From Tachypleus tridentatus (lineage: Eukaryota): a stretch of DNA of 64,000 nucleotides. Numbering within the stretch: the stretch's first letter is position 1; each line of letters opens with the position of its first letter. The translations under genes and the position numbers were made by a program. The notes beneath the pieces were generated by a model. The model saw nothing but the letters and a program-made list of their open reading frames with translations, searched no databases and was not told the origin of the DNA. The stretch is taken from contig NC_134831.1 in the NCBI RefSeq assembly GCF_004210375.1, positions 98,825,522 through 98,889,521 of the forward strand, written 5' to 3'. Shown here one piece after another: positions 51,466-61,370 of this stretch.

Positions 51466-51818
51466 CCGATAATAAGACCTACCCATAAAATAAGACCTAG
51501 TGTGATTTTTGGGGATAGTTTTAATATAAGCCCTACCCTTAAAATAAGCCCTAGTTAAGAGTGGCAGGAAGAGGAAAGAAATAAAAAAAATAATTTATTA
51601 ATTTGTTTAATAGTTAGTTAATTAGTTTGTTTAAGTATTAATCAGTTAGTTTAATAGTTTAATAATAGTTTATTTTAAATGGTTAGTTTAATAGTTTTAC
51701 TTTGTAACTTCATTTTTTTTAATATATCAAAATAAGACATCCCCCGAAAATAAGCCCTAGTGTCATATTTTGGAGAGAAAATTAATATAAGTCCTGTCTT
51801 ATTTTCGGAGAAACACGG
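51466..51818. mobile_element. MITE copy 2 (~353 bp), TA-flanked
   Basis: ta|ccgtgtttctccgataataagacctacccataaaataagacc ... gtcctgtcttattttcggagaaacacgg|ta. It is near-identical over its whole length to 14797-15165, including the internal (ttagtt/taat) low-complexity core. Confidence 0.8.
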
Positions 51819-53515
51819 TAGGTGATGTAAGAACCTTGCTATACTCAGTTATTTTGTTCGTGCTTTTCATTTGTCCCAAAAAATGTAACTACAATTTTTA
51901 ATATATTGTACTTGATATATAAGCGCACACATTGGGGGTAAACACACGCTTGGCTCATAACATTTTTAATTGTGGTATTCGAATGCTGGAAGTTTATAAA
52001 ATATTAAGTTTATTTAAAACATTTAATAGAGTTAAGTGACCTGCCGAGACTAGGCACGTATGAAATGTAGTCTCTGAACTAATCGGGTTATCCTCACATT
52101 TTCTGTTTCTTGTAATTAAACCAATGTTTATTTAGTAAGTCTGCTTCATTACACTTAGTCTTAAAGGAGTTTAGTTTTTTGTTATTTTCTCCCATTACAA
52201 AAAAAGTGTTGTCGCTTCTTTTGTTTCCAAATCCGTTTTAATATTGAGTGTTACTGGAGAACTGAATTATCATATTAGGTATAGCATTTAGTCTGTCCGC
52301 AGTTTAACATGAGAATCCAGTTCCACATACGTCTGATGTAACGAATGAAATCTCTCAAACAGCACTTTTCCCCACATTTGACATTCATGAATTAGGCTAC
52401 TCTAAATATTAATTAACGGACAAAGGGAATAGGGTGGTACGAACTTTTAAACCATACGTGGTTTCTTTCTTCACACCCTCAGAAATATTTCTAACACACC
52501 ATGCGAAATGCAGTTTGGAAAACGACGATATTACTAAATTTTGTCTTTTCAAATACTGTGAATATATTTTTTTAATTCAACGTCTGAACTTGACTAAATA
52601 TTTTTTAAATTTTGTCTTTTGAAGTGATAACTTTTCTGTGTGATTTCCAGACGTTCCAGAATATTTTACTCCACTCGCAAAACCTAGACCTTTCAAGAGT
52701 CTATATCTTGCTTAGTCTTCATTTAAGCCTACTCACGACCACCAATATTTCATGAGTCGTCATCTTGCCTATTTATTTAAGCCTTGTATTGACTACCGAC
52801 AAAGATTGAAAGTTATTTTCAATAAAATGTAAAATAAAAACATGTGAATGCAAGATATCAAGATAATAATCCTATTTCTTATTTGAATATATTTTGAACC
52901 AAAAATTAAGTAAGAATGACATCGAAAAACGTTAATTTTAATTGGTAACAACAACACTGGTACCTTAGGTTTTCTTGTAACAAGCACTTCCTGCTTCGAT
53001 GTTGGATCACGCTTCGAAAAATGACCGCGTGTCGATGCGTTCAGTTACAAGGCACGTTCGTGTAGAAATAAATTAGAAAATTGATACTTGCATTGAAGAA
53101 TTACTAACCATATGGTACACGCCTTTATTTTGTTTGGAACTACCATTACCTAATCATTCTAATGGCTACGTTAAATATATTATGTAGGTCATTCAGAACG
53201 ACATAATTATTCGGTATAAACCCGCAGTCATATATTTGTTTAGTGAAAACTAGGTTGACAGTTTTGTTACCTACATGTATACGAAACCCGAAAAGTAAAT
53301 AACATATCAGTATATTAATTTCTACTAATGCAAAGTCAGACTCGTTTGTGAATAAAGTTGATTTTTTAGCATCAATTTAAACATTACCATTACAAGTATC
53401 GTATCTTTACCAACTTATTAGATTAATAACTTTCTCTAGTGTATATCTAGGAAAGTTTAAAGGAAAACTGAAACACGAATTTTAATCCATTGTTTATTTT
53501 CCACATATCTTTCAG

Positions 53516-53623
53516 GTTGTGGAACTTTTGAATCGATGTACCTGCCCTTTCCAGTTCCCAATGATTAGAGTATCAGATGGGAAATATCGCATTGGAGACA
53601 CAAAAACTCTCATTTTTGTTAGG
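53516..53623 (+). CDS. GAS2-like protein: GAR (GAS2-related) domain exon, N-terminal half
   Basis: The acceptor is ccacatatctttcAG|gttgtgg (AG at 53514-53515). Translation VVELLNRCTCPFQFPMIRVSDGKYRIGDTKTLIFVR matches the GAS2 GAR domain (CKCPNKFCVERLSQGRYRVGEKILFIR). The donor is AGG|GTGAGT (GT at 53624-53625). The exon is in phase 0 at both ends, which is compatible with the phase-0 end of the 4059-4732 exon. Confidence 0.8.
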
Positions 53624-54574
53624 GTGAGTACTACCGCCATCTAGTAGCGATAACTGTCACTACATTGTTCGTTTTAAATATTACATAACTCGTTTTCCTT
53701 TTTTTGATGTATAATTTATGGGTATATACGTTTACATAAAACATCCGCATACAATTTCACTTAAAGTGTAATGAAGCTACAGTTCAACAGTTACCACAAG
53801 TGACTGAAACAACTTATTTTATTCGAAACAAATCAGAACTAGTGTACTTTCTGTATAGCCTATTTTGTTAACATCCAAATCGGTTACCAATAAGATATAT
53901 TTTTTACCTTAAAGGCATACTTGGTTCGCCCGTTTTTTGTTTCTTTACGCCCACGGACGATGTGTATGTACTATTACTAGGTTATTTAAAACCGTACCCA
54001 ATGATACAAGTTTTCTAGTGCCTTTTATGTAAAACTAATTAAATATAAACATTTTGATGCGTCGTAAAATGTCCAGATTTCTTTGGCTTCTGAAAATCTA
54101 AAATGCTTGGTATGGATTTATTTACGCTATCGATTCTGGTTCATTTATTGGCTGTGTATGTAGGATTATTGTATGTTTTGAAATGATTTTAAAAAGGACA
54201 AAGTAGGACATGCCAGAAGATATGTCCCCGAGGGGATGTGGTTCCGCTTCGTATTTTAATTATTTATACAGATTTTAATGCTAATGAAATTTCAGTGGAA
54301 AGACAGTATGTATATGCTGTTGCCACATTTCTACCTTCAGTATATGGGTTGGCAATAAAAAGTATGCAAGAATGTTTGGGCGGAGCAACTTTCTTAGCGG
54401 GCTAAACGCTGTGAAGAACCCGTATGAACCCGTCACGTGATGTGCATTTTCGTTTTTATATTGTTTCACTTGTGACATGGATTGTATACCACAGTACTCA
54501 AAATTTAGTGCTATTAACTGCAATTTTGATTTTAGTACAGTTAAAAATTATTCCGAAAGCTAGTTTCTAATCAA

Positions 54575-54700
54575 CTCAAAGGGGGGGATTCCTCAGTAGG
54601 TTAGAGGTAAGTGTACGGACTTGTAATGCCAAAATATAGGTTTCGATTCCCCGCGGTGGACAAGAGTGCAGATAATCCATTGCGTAGCTTTCCATAAGAA
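54575..54700 (+). mobile_element. SINE family B copy, tRNA-Ala-like
   Basis: ggggggattcctcagtaggttagaggtaagtgtacggacttgtaatgccaaaatataggtttcgattccccgcggtggacaagagtgcagataatccattgcgtagctttccataag. Its 5 prime end and T-arm resemble tRNA-Ala (GGGGGTGTAGCTCAGTGGTAGAGC ... GGGTTCGATCCCCGGCACC), but the anticodon arm does not fold canonically. Confidence 0.55.
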
Positions 54701-56357
54701 AACGGAAGAACATAGCGAACTATGGGAAGGAAGTCATTATAAAGTAATTTCAGTGTTAGTTCTCGAAATTTTCGAGTAAACTGACTTCAGATCTGTCTAC
54801 GCACAGCCGTCTCTAATGTTGAACTGGAGAGAAGATTGAATACTGGGGATCGACCGTCATTATCGTAGCGCAACCACTGACACAAAGTGGGGAGCACGAT
54901 TGGTTTTTACCATGTTAAGTAAGATCTGACCCCAAATACTTCTGAGGGTAGCCCTTTCTTCTCTCTCTATTCCTTGGTACTTAAAGGGTAGGGATAATAT
55001 GTGAGTGAAAGTTTCAAACACATTATGGTAGTTAAATAGGATATTTCAGCACACAGCAGAGTTCCAGGCTGAAATTAAGGGTAGGCAATATAAGCGGATG
55101 TCTAGGGCGTCACATACATCGAGTACCCTTAGTCGATGCAATAGGCACAAATTAAGGTTGTGCTTTTTAATCACAAAGCTGTTTTCAGTCCTGCACAGTT
55201 CCTGTTGGTCAATTCGGTCCGAAGGAATCATTATATTTGTGCATTCTAAACAGAAGTTACACAATGGGTCGTGTGTTGTGTCTATCACAGAGTATCAAAC
55301 CACAAATTTTGAACATAACCCACCAACCTTAATGCCGAGTCATCGAAGGGCGTATTTATAGGTATATTTGAAGGATGGAATTTGGAAGGAAATGTAAGAG
55401 GTGTTTCAGTCCGTCTTTGTGTATTTCACTTAAAAACTATAAAAATGTTCTAGTTTATGTATTGTTGGCAGCAGTGCAAAACATAAAACTATACGCGCAA
55501 AATGCAAATAAAATATTTAAATTAGAACTGTTTGCTCATAATTAAACTATTTAATATTTGTAATTTAGTGACCATTAGTTTAACTTCTGTTAGGCCAAGA
55601 AACCCTGAATATTGTGCGAAAATAAACAGAAAACCTCTGTTCAAAATTAACTTCCAAATGAATTGTAAGATATCAGGTGTATTAATTAAAACCTGCCGAT
55701 TACCTGTGGTGCCAATGTTTACTTGGGGCGCCAGTCGGCGGTAGAGATGAAAGTGTATTGTGGCTATGAGAGATTTGCAGCCTTGTATAGTAATCACTTT
55801 TGAATTTTTTCCTTCTTCAAAGATACAAAAAATGTCGAATCTGCGTGTGACCTTTTCACCTTCGTTTTGCTCCACTACGCGCAGCAGATTCTGCTGTCCA
55901 TTTTGTTTCTGTACATACGAATGGATGAAAGTTCTCCGTGACGGGAAACGGAGGCGAAACTGGAAAATCGTGACCCCTATAGCAAATCTACATGAAAGTC
56001 TGATAAAAAAATGTCTCGAAGTTGGGGGTTTCACGTCACGTGACTTAAAGTTTTTTCACTATCATACATGTAAAAGCAAGGGTTTCATTTTTGTATATTA
56101 AACTCTACGTTTTACTGACTATCTGTTTCCTTCTTATTGGCAAGTTAAACCAAGATGATCACCTTACAAATATCTTACTACAGTTTGGGGTCAGAATATT
56201 AAATAGCATAAATGCAATATAAATATTAACTGCAAAAACAAAGCAAAAAGTCCTTAAGTATGTTAATCTAATACCTAAAATTTCAATTAACAGTTCAACT
56301 GCACTAGACTGACACTTACAAGCACAGAATAGTCGATATTTTATCTTCCAGACAGGT

Positions 56358-56622
56358 ATGGCATGACAAAGTCAGGGAATTCGACTCGTAATCTGAGGGG
56401 TCGTGGGTTCGAATCCCCTTCCCACCAAACATGTTCATCTTTCCAGCCCTGGTCAAGTTATATAAAGTTACGGTTAATCCTACTCTTCGTTGGTAAAAGA
56501 AACCCAAGAGTTGGCGGTGGGTTGTGATGACTATCCGCCTTTCCTCTAGTTTTTCACTGCTGAGTTCGGGACGGCTAGCGCAGATAGCCCTCGTGTAACT
56601 TTGGGCAAGATTTAGAATATAC
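56358..56622 (+). mobile_element. SINE family A copy (diverged), intronic, ~250 bp upstream of the second GAR exon
   Basis: atggcatgacaaagtcagggaattcgactcgtaatctgaggggtcgtgggttcgaatccccttcccaccaaacatg ... ggctagcgcagatagccctcgtgtaactttgggcaagatttag. Confidence 0.8.
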
Positions 56623-56877
56623 CAAACTGTCTCGGATATCTCGTGTGTCGAAACAAAGCGACACAGTGGCAGCTGGGACACGACTATGTATCAACACATC
56701 ATCTGGTGATATAAACTAAATCAAGGCAGCTGTTGGCAGACAGGTTCACTTAATGGTCCTCTTGACATATTTGAACAGTTTAACGAAACACAATTTTAAT
56801 GATGCTATTAGTAAAGCTTTTGGAGCAGTAGGTCAAAGGTCTAGTTAATGTTATAAGTGAGCTGTTTGTCTTCTTAG

Positions 56878-56971
56878 ATTCTTCGGAACCACGTGATGGT
56901 ACGGGTAGGAGGTGGGTGGGACACTCTGGAGCATTATTTAGATAAGCACGACCCCTGTCAATGCCGAATTG
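56878..56971 (+). CDS. GAS2-like protein: GAR domain exon, C-terminal half
   Basis: The acceptor is tttgtcttctTAG|attcttcgg (AG at 56876-56877). Translation [31 protein letters not shown](G) matches the GAS2 core [29 protein letters not shown]. The donor is TTG|GTAAGT (GT at 56972-56973). The exon ends in phase 1. Confidence 0.85.
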
Positions 56972-57109
56972 GTAAGTTTGCTTGTTTTTTCATTAATAGT
57001 AATAGTTCACCGTGTACCTCCGCTTCACCATATTCCTCCGCTTTTTGTTTTGCTATTAAATTCAGACACTGGATTTGTTTTTAATTTTGGTTCCTTAAAC
57101 TTAACATAA

Positions 57110-57195
57110 GAAATTCTTACTTAAATGTTACAACATGGCGAGTTTCCTATTACCACTTAAATGTTACAACATGGCGAGTTTCCCATCACCAATAT
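57110..57195. repeat. 41-bp direct duplication
   Basis: cttaaatgttacaacatggcgagtttcc(t/c)at(t/c)acca occurs twice. Confidence 0.7.
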
Positions 57196-58161
57196 AGGTT
57201 TCCTTGACTATCACTTTCCCAACGTTGTGTAGAACACGAGCGTAAGTTGTTCTAGATGGCAATTAAGTGTTTGGGAATAGATTTTTGTCAACCGATTGGC
57301 CAAAACATGTGGTACTTTAGTTATGGTTGAATATAAATTTTGCCCACTACCGAACGTGCATTAGACATAACTTTTCGAAATGCATGCCTACAACAATATT
57401 GGTATGGAAGTAACACAGGTGCACAACACACTTACAATCACACTATGTGTACTATAGTTAGTGTCGACGAGGCCTTTCGCCCCCAAACCAGGGCTCTTCG
57501 GGCTGATTGGGATACCACAAACATGGTACTGGTGGAGACGTTGTTTGACAGTACTTCCTACTGGAGCGAGTAGGTTTCTGTTAATATTACGTCACAATAC
57601 GTCATAATTAAGGTATCATTTGTTTATTTATTTAAACATGTTTATTACCTTTATTCAATTAACGTGTTCATCACTCGAAAGAACTGTCGAGTTCGCATGC
57701 TAGTTTTTCTTCAACTAACCAGTTAATGAACAGTAGGTAATTTGAAAGTTACGTTATCGGGTGGATATTCCGACTTCGAAAATTCCAATTGTGCGAGTTC
57801 TCGCACAAACACAACCTGCCACAAACAAAATGTTTGCATTGTGTTTTCCAAGTGTTAACGGTAAATATTTCTGCTTTAACATAGTTTGCAACGTACAATT
57901 TGAACAATCGAAACTGTACTCACTGTGGGCCTGCATAAGAATATTCTAGAAAAAAAACTTGTCGCATGCCACCGGTGAAAGAATTACACCAATGTTGATG
58001 TGTATTCTTTTCACGTGAAGAGATTTTACGTGCGTTTGCTTCTACGCTAATATAAGTTATCACTCGTTTCCACTCGCTCAGGTGCAACACAGACGTAGTA
58101 CTTCATCATAAAGGTCACAAAGTTTCTACTCGTCTGCAATGTTAATGAAATGGAATATTAA

Positions 58162-58465
58162 TTTTCACACTATGGGAACAAAACGACTGTTGAACGATGT
58201 TTGGTCAGGACATATTTAATGATTTTCACACTATGGGAACAAAACGACTGTTGAACGATGTTTGGTCAGGACATATTTAATGATTTTCACACTATGGGAA
58301 CAAAACGACTGTTGAACGATGTTTGGTCAGGACATATTTAATGATTTTCACACTATGGGAACAAAACGACTGTTGAACGATGTTTGGTCAGGACATATTT
58401 AATGATTTTCACACTATGGGAACAAAACGACTGTTGAACGATGTTTGGTCAGGACATATTTAATG
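58162..58465. repeat. 61-bp tandem repeat, 5 copies, ending 35 bp upstream of a splice acceptor
   Basis: ttttcacactatgggaacaaaacgactgttgaacgatgtttggtcaggacatatttaatga recurs at 58162, 58223, 58284, 58345 and 58406. Confidence 0.9.
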
Positions 58466-58500
58466 AAGTTTTTGCGATGTAATTTTGAAATTAATTACAG

Positions 58501-58582
58501 GCCACAGGTCATCGTCATCGGCTAAAGTGTCCATGACTCCAGGAAAGGACGGGTCAACTAATATGAAGGTTACGTACAACAG
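58501..58582 (+). CDS. GAS2-like protein: short linker exon (82 bp)
   Basis: The acceptor is gaaattaattacAG|gccacagg (AG at 58499-58500). With the one carried-over nucleotide g, translation reads G HRSSSSAKVSMTPGKDGSTNMKVTYN plus ag. The donor is CAG|GTACGT (GT at 58583-58584). The exon runs from phase 1 to phase 2, which fits exactly the phase left by the 56878-56971 exon and the phase required by the 59875 exon. It contains no stop codon. Confidence 0.6.
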
Positions 58583-58984
58583 GTACGTGTTTGTACTGTA
58601 TAACATATTAACACGTATGTTTTTTTTTTTTATTTCGAATGTTTCAAGTTGACGGTGCAAAATGCTATTCAAAACTACACACCCATCAAATACATCTTCC
58701 TCAATGTTTGGTTAAATCGGAACAGTTAGTATTTATCTCTTGATTTGATGTTTATGATTTTTAACAGTGGTAAAAGAAATGTTACAAATCGTAAATTGTT
58801 CCAACGCTATAATTTGCACAAAATAGTTATATATTTTTATTTCCACTATTATAATAAATTTATCAATCCAATAATCAACGTGTTTCAAAACTCTTGGGCC
58901 CTTTATTTACAAGGGGTGGGTTATTTAATAACTAGTATAAATTAACATGACGTCACCTATACTTTTAATTAAAGTTTGTTGTGT

Positions 58985-59075
58985 TTAGCGCAAAGCTACA
59001 CAACGGGCTTTGTGCGCCTTGACTACCATTGGGAGTCGAACCCCGGATTTAGCATTGTAAACTTGTAAACTTACT
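58985..59075 (-). mobile_element. SINE family B-like fragment
   Basis: gcgcaaagctacacaacgggctttgtgcgcc...gggagtcgaaccccggatttagc is, on the minus strand, a GGTTCGACTCC T-loop box plus a gtgtagctttgcgc tail module. Confidence 0.4.
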
Positions 59076-59224
59076 GCTGATCTGCCAGGAGACGCAAGTT
59101 TACTAATAACGTAAAATTGTGAATGTTTTGATACAATAAAAGAGCAAATATTAATTTCCTTAACAACCAACACTTGAACACGATCCACACTGTCAGAAAA
59201 TAATTTCCATTTTAAGTCGCATCA

Positions 59225-59345
59225 AGAAGCATCACTTAATATTTCGGTGCCTCACCCTCCCCCGCGGCATATCTGAAGATTAATAATGCCAAAAATTGGG
59301 TTTCGACACCCGTGGTGAGCAAAGCACGGATAGCTGATTGTGTAA
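59225..59345 (+). mobile_element. SINE family B copy
   Basis: cccccgcggcatatctgaagattaataatgccaaaaattgggtttcgacacccgtggtgagcaaagcacggatagctgattgtgtaacttag, with a further tail fragment ctacgtggctttgctataagg at 59505-59525. Confidence 0.5.
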
Positions 59346-59874
59346 CTTAGTACTTAAATCAAACATATTTCGATGGGGGGCTGAATGTATTGTTGATCCA
59401 GCAAGACTGAATGTTCTGGAAACAGTGAAGAAACAATAGGAAGATTAATACATTAGGGTTACTACATCTGGAGAAATGTTAGTGAAGGAAGTTTGAAGTT
59501 ACACGAGGCTACGTGGCTTTGCTATAAGGAACACACACACACCTTGCATTTTTCTTATTTTAAAACATGCAAGTAGACAAACCATACTTCATACATATAA
59601 CTATTTTCTAATGAACAAAAAAAACCGTAAATGAAAATAAAACTCTGCACAAATCAAAAGGTTCCACAGGGTATATAGTCTGTAATATGGGGTATAGAAT
59701 TACCCTGGGTTTTGGAGTTGGCTAAAGAAGTGTAACTCTCATTGCGATGGTGATACACCGTCTATTAGTCTTAACCTCTGTTCGCCAGTCTCGTATATGT
59801 ACTGTTTCTAAATCACACAAGGTTTGTCTTGATGTAAATCATTTTAATGATTATATTTTTTAAATTCCTTGCAG

Positions 59875-61264
59875 ATCTTCACCGTACAACTTCAGTCTCT
59901 CCACGTCACCACAAACACGTCGACGCATGTTGGCCATTTCTTCGGGTCAGCAAGACATTGGCCCATCTACTGACACACATGACATTCCACCACGTGAACC
60001 GTCAAGAAGTTCTCACTACAGCGACGACTCGTCGACATCTAGTGCCAGCCTATATTACTATAGTGAAAGTTCATCTCAAGAGGAAGGCAAGTTTGCAAGG
60101 TCATCGCGGCCACTACCCTGCACTGCAGATAGTTCTTCCGAATTCTCTGAAGGAGAAAGTCGAGCAGGTTCTCGAATCTCTAGTCAACCCCGAAAATCCA
60201 GTCTTCGGAAGTTGTATTGCATGTCAGAAAATGGGGACATGGTTGACAACTGTTCCCGTGTATATTTGTCAGATGGTTGTGACTCTGGCTTTGGTCCCGA
60301 ATCGTCAGAAACAAGTTCAGTCCTTTCGGGAGATGACCAGCGAAAAGTTAGGGACATGGGAAAAACTAGGTTAAAGGACACAAAGCAAACTCCTGGACAA
60401 GTCTCTAAAGATGCCCCTGTGGATTCAAGTTTGTCCGACGGTAGCACACCAACTTTAAAGTCTGTAAAGAAAGTCAAACAAGTTTCAGTAAGCCCATCTG
60501 GAAGGAAAATGACACCAAACATTAGTTATAAATCTCAAAGCACGGAAAATTTATACTGGTGCAAATATAGCGAAAGAGTCCAGATGAATCGCCAGAACAG
60601 TTCCAGATCATCAGTTTATGGTCATAAAGACCGATGTTCGTTAACAGATTCTTCAAGCTGTACATCAACTATTCCTAGATGTTATTCTCAAGCTAGTGAT
60701 ATTGGTGGACTTGGATCATCTTTGACCAGAAACACTCCAGGACGGTTTTCATATAAACCCCCGACAGACGTTCGGCCAAAAGTGGACACAGGAAGTAAAA
60801 CGTGGGCTTTCAGACAGCGTTCCACTAGATCTTCCATCAGCCCCGATTTCTGTCGTAACCCTTCTAGAGGAAGCAACATTTCTCCTATTAAGACTAAAAC
60901 AAACCTCAAGTCCCGAAGTGCCGAATCAAGCCCTGCCAAATCGATTGTAACAGCTACTAAAGTGCAGAAACTTCTAGAAGACATTGATTTAGCCACAGAT
61001 GACACATTTTTCAATGAAATGCAGAGATTTATAAGTAACTATCGAGAGAAAATCGAGAATAAATTACAAAATGAACAAGAAGATTCACATTTGAACGATG
61101 TTGAGAGCACTTCATCAACACCAACCATGTTATACTCTCCAGATTCTGATCGCCCACCAAGTCGTGGTTTCGGTTATAATCAACAGTCCCCCAAGTTTCG
61201 ACCTAGGAGAGAAAGTCAGGGAGGATCCACAAAAATTCCACTACCAGTTTGGTATAACAAATAA
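59875..61264 (+). CDS. GAS2-like protein: terminal exon encoding the long Ser-rich low-complexity tail, with a C-terminal TKIP (SxIP-like) motif. Stop TAA at 61262-61264.
   Basis: The acceptor is ttatattttttaaattccttgcAG|atcttc (AG at 59873-59874). With the two carried-over nucleotides ag, translation reads R SSPYNFSLSTSPQTRRRMLAISSGQQ ... The open frame then runs 1.39 kb, corresponding to the 445-aa ORF at 59927-61264. It is Ser/Thr-rich and basic, as the GAS2L C-terminal tails are, and ends ...GGSTKIPLPVWYNK*. AATAAA signals lie at 61365-61370 and 61600-61605. Confidence 0.75.
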
Positions 61265-61364
61265 CACCCACGAGTTTTTGGGGTCAGTAACCATGTCTTC
61301 TTTCGCTTCGTATTTTGAGATCTTAAGCAAAACTTACAAAAAAAAAAAAAGTTTGTCGTAGAAG

Positions 61365-61370
61365 AATAAA
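61365..61370 (+). other. candidate polyadenylation signal AATAAA for the GAS2-like gene
   Basis: The first AATAAA is 100 bp downstream of the stop codon. A second lies at 61600-61605. A genomic A12 run at 61339-61350 precedes the first. Confidence 0.4.

Noticed and set aside
54575-54660. Family B element as a tRNA-Ala gene
   Set aside because: The 5 prime end and T-arm resemble tRNA-Ala, but the anticodon stem does not pair and the element continues into the shared SINE tail. It is more likely a tRNA-derived SINE or tRNA pseudogene. tRNAscan-SE would settle it.
55522-56101. Overlapping 170-aa (minus strand) and 113-aa (plus strand) ORFs in the intron
   Set aside because: No recognisable domain. 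The composition is AT-rich and low-complexity. The two ORFs overlap mutually on opposite strands, and they have no splice or Kozak context. I treat them as chance ORFs in intronic DNA.
60184-61014. Minus-strand ORFs of 112 aa and 108 aa overlapping the GAS2-like terminal exon
   Set aside because: They are antisense to a well-supported coding exon. They are low-complexity mirror ORFs typical of Ser/Thr-rich coding sequence and have no homology signal.
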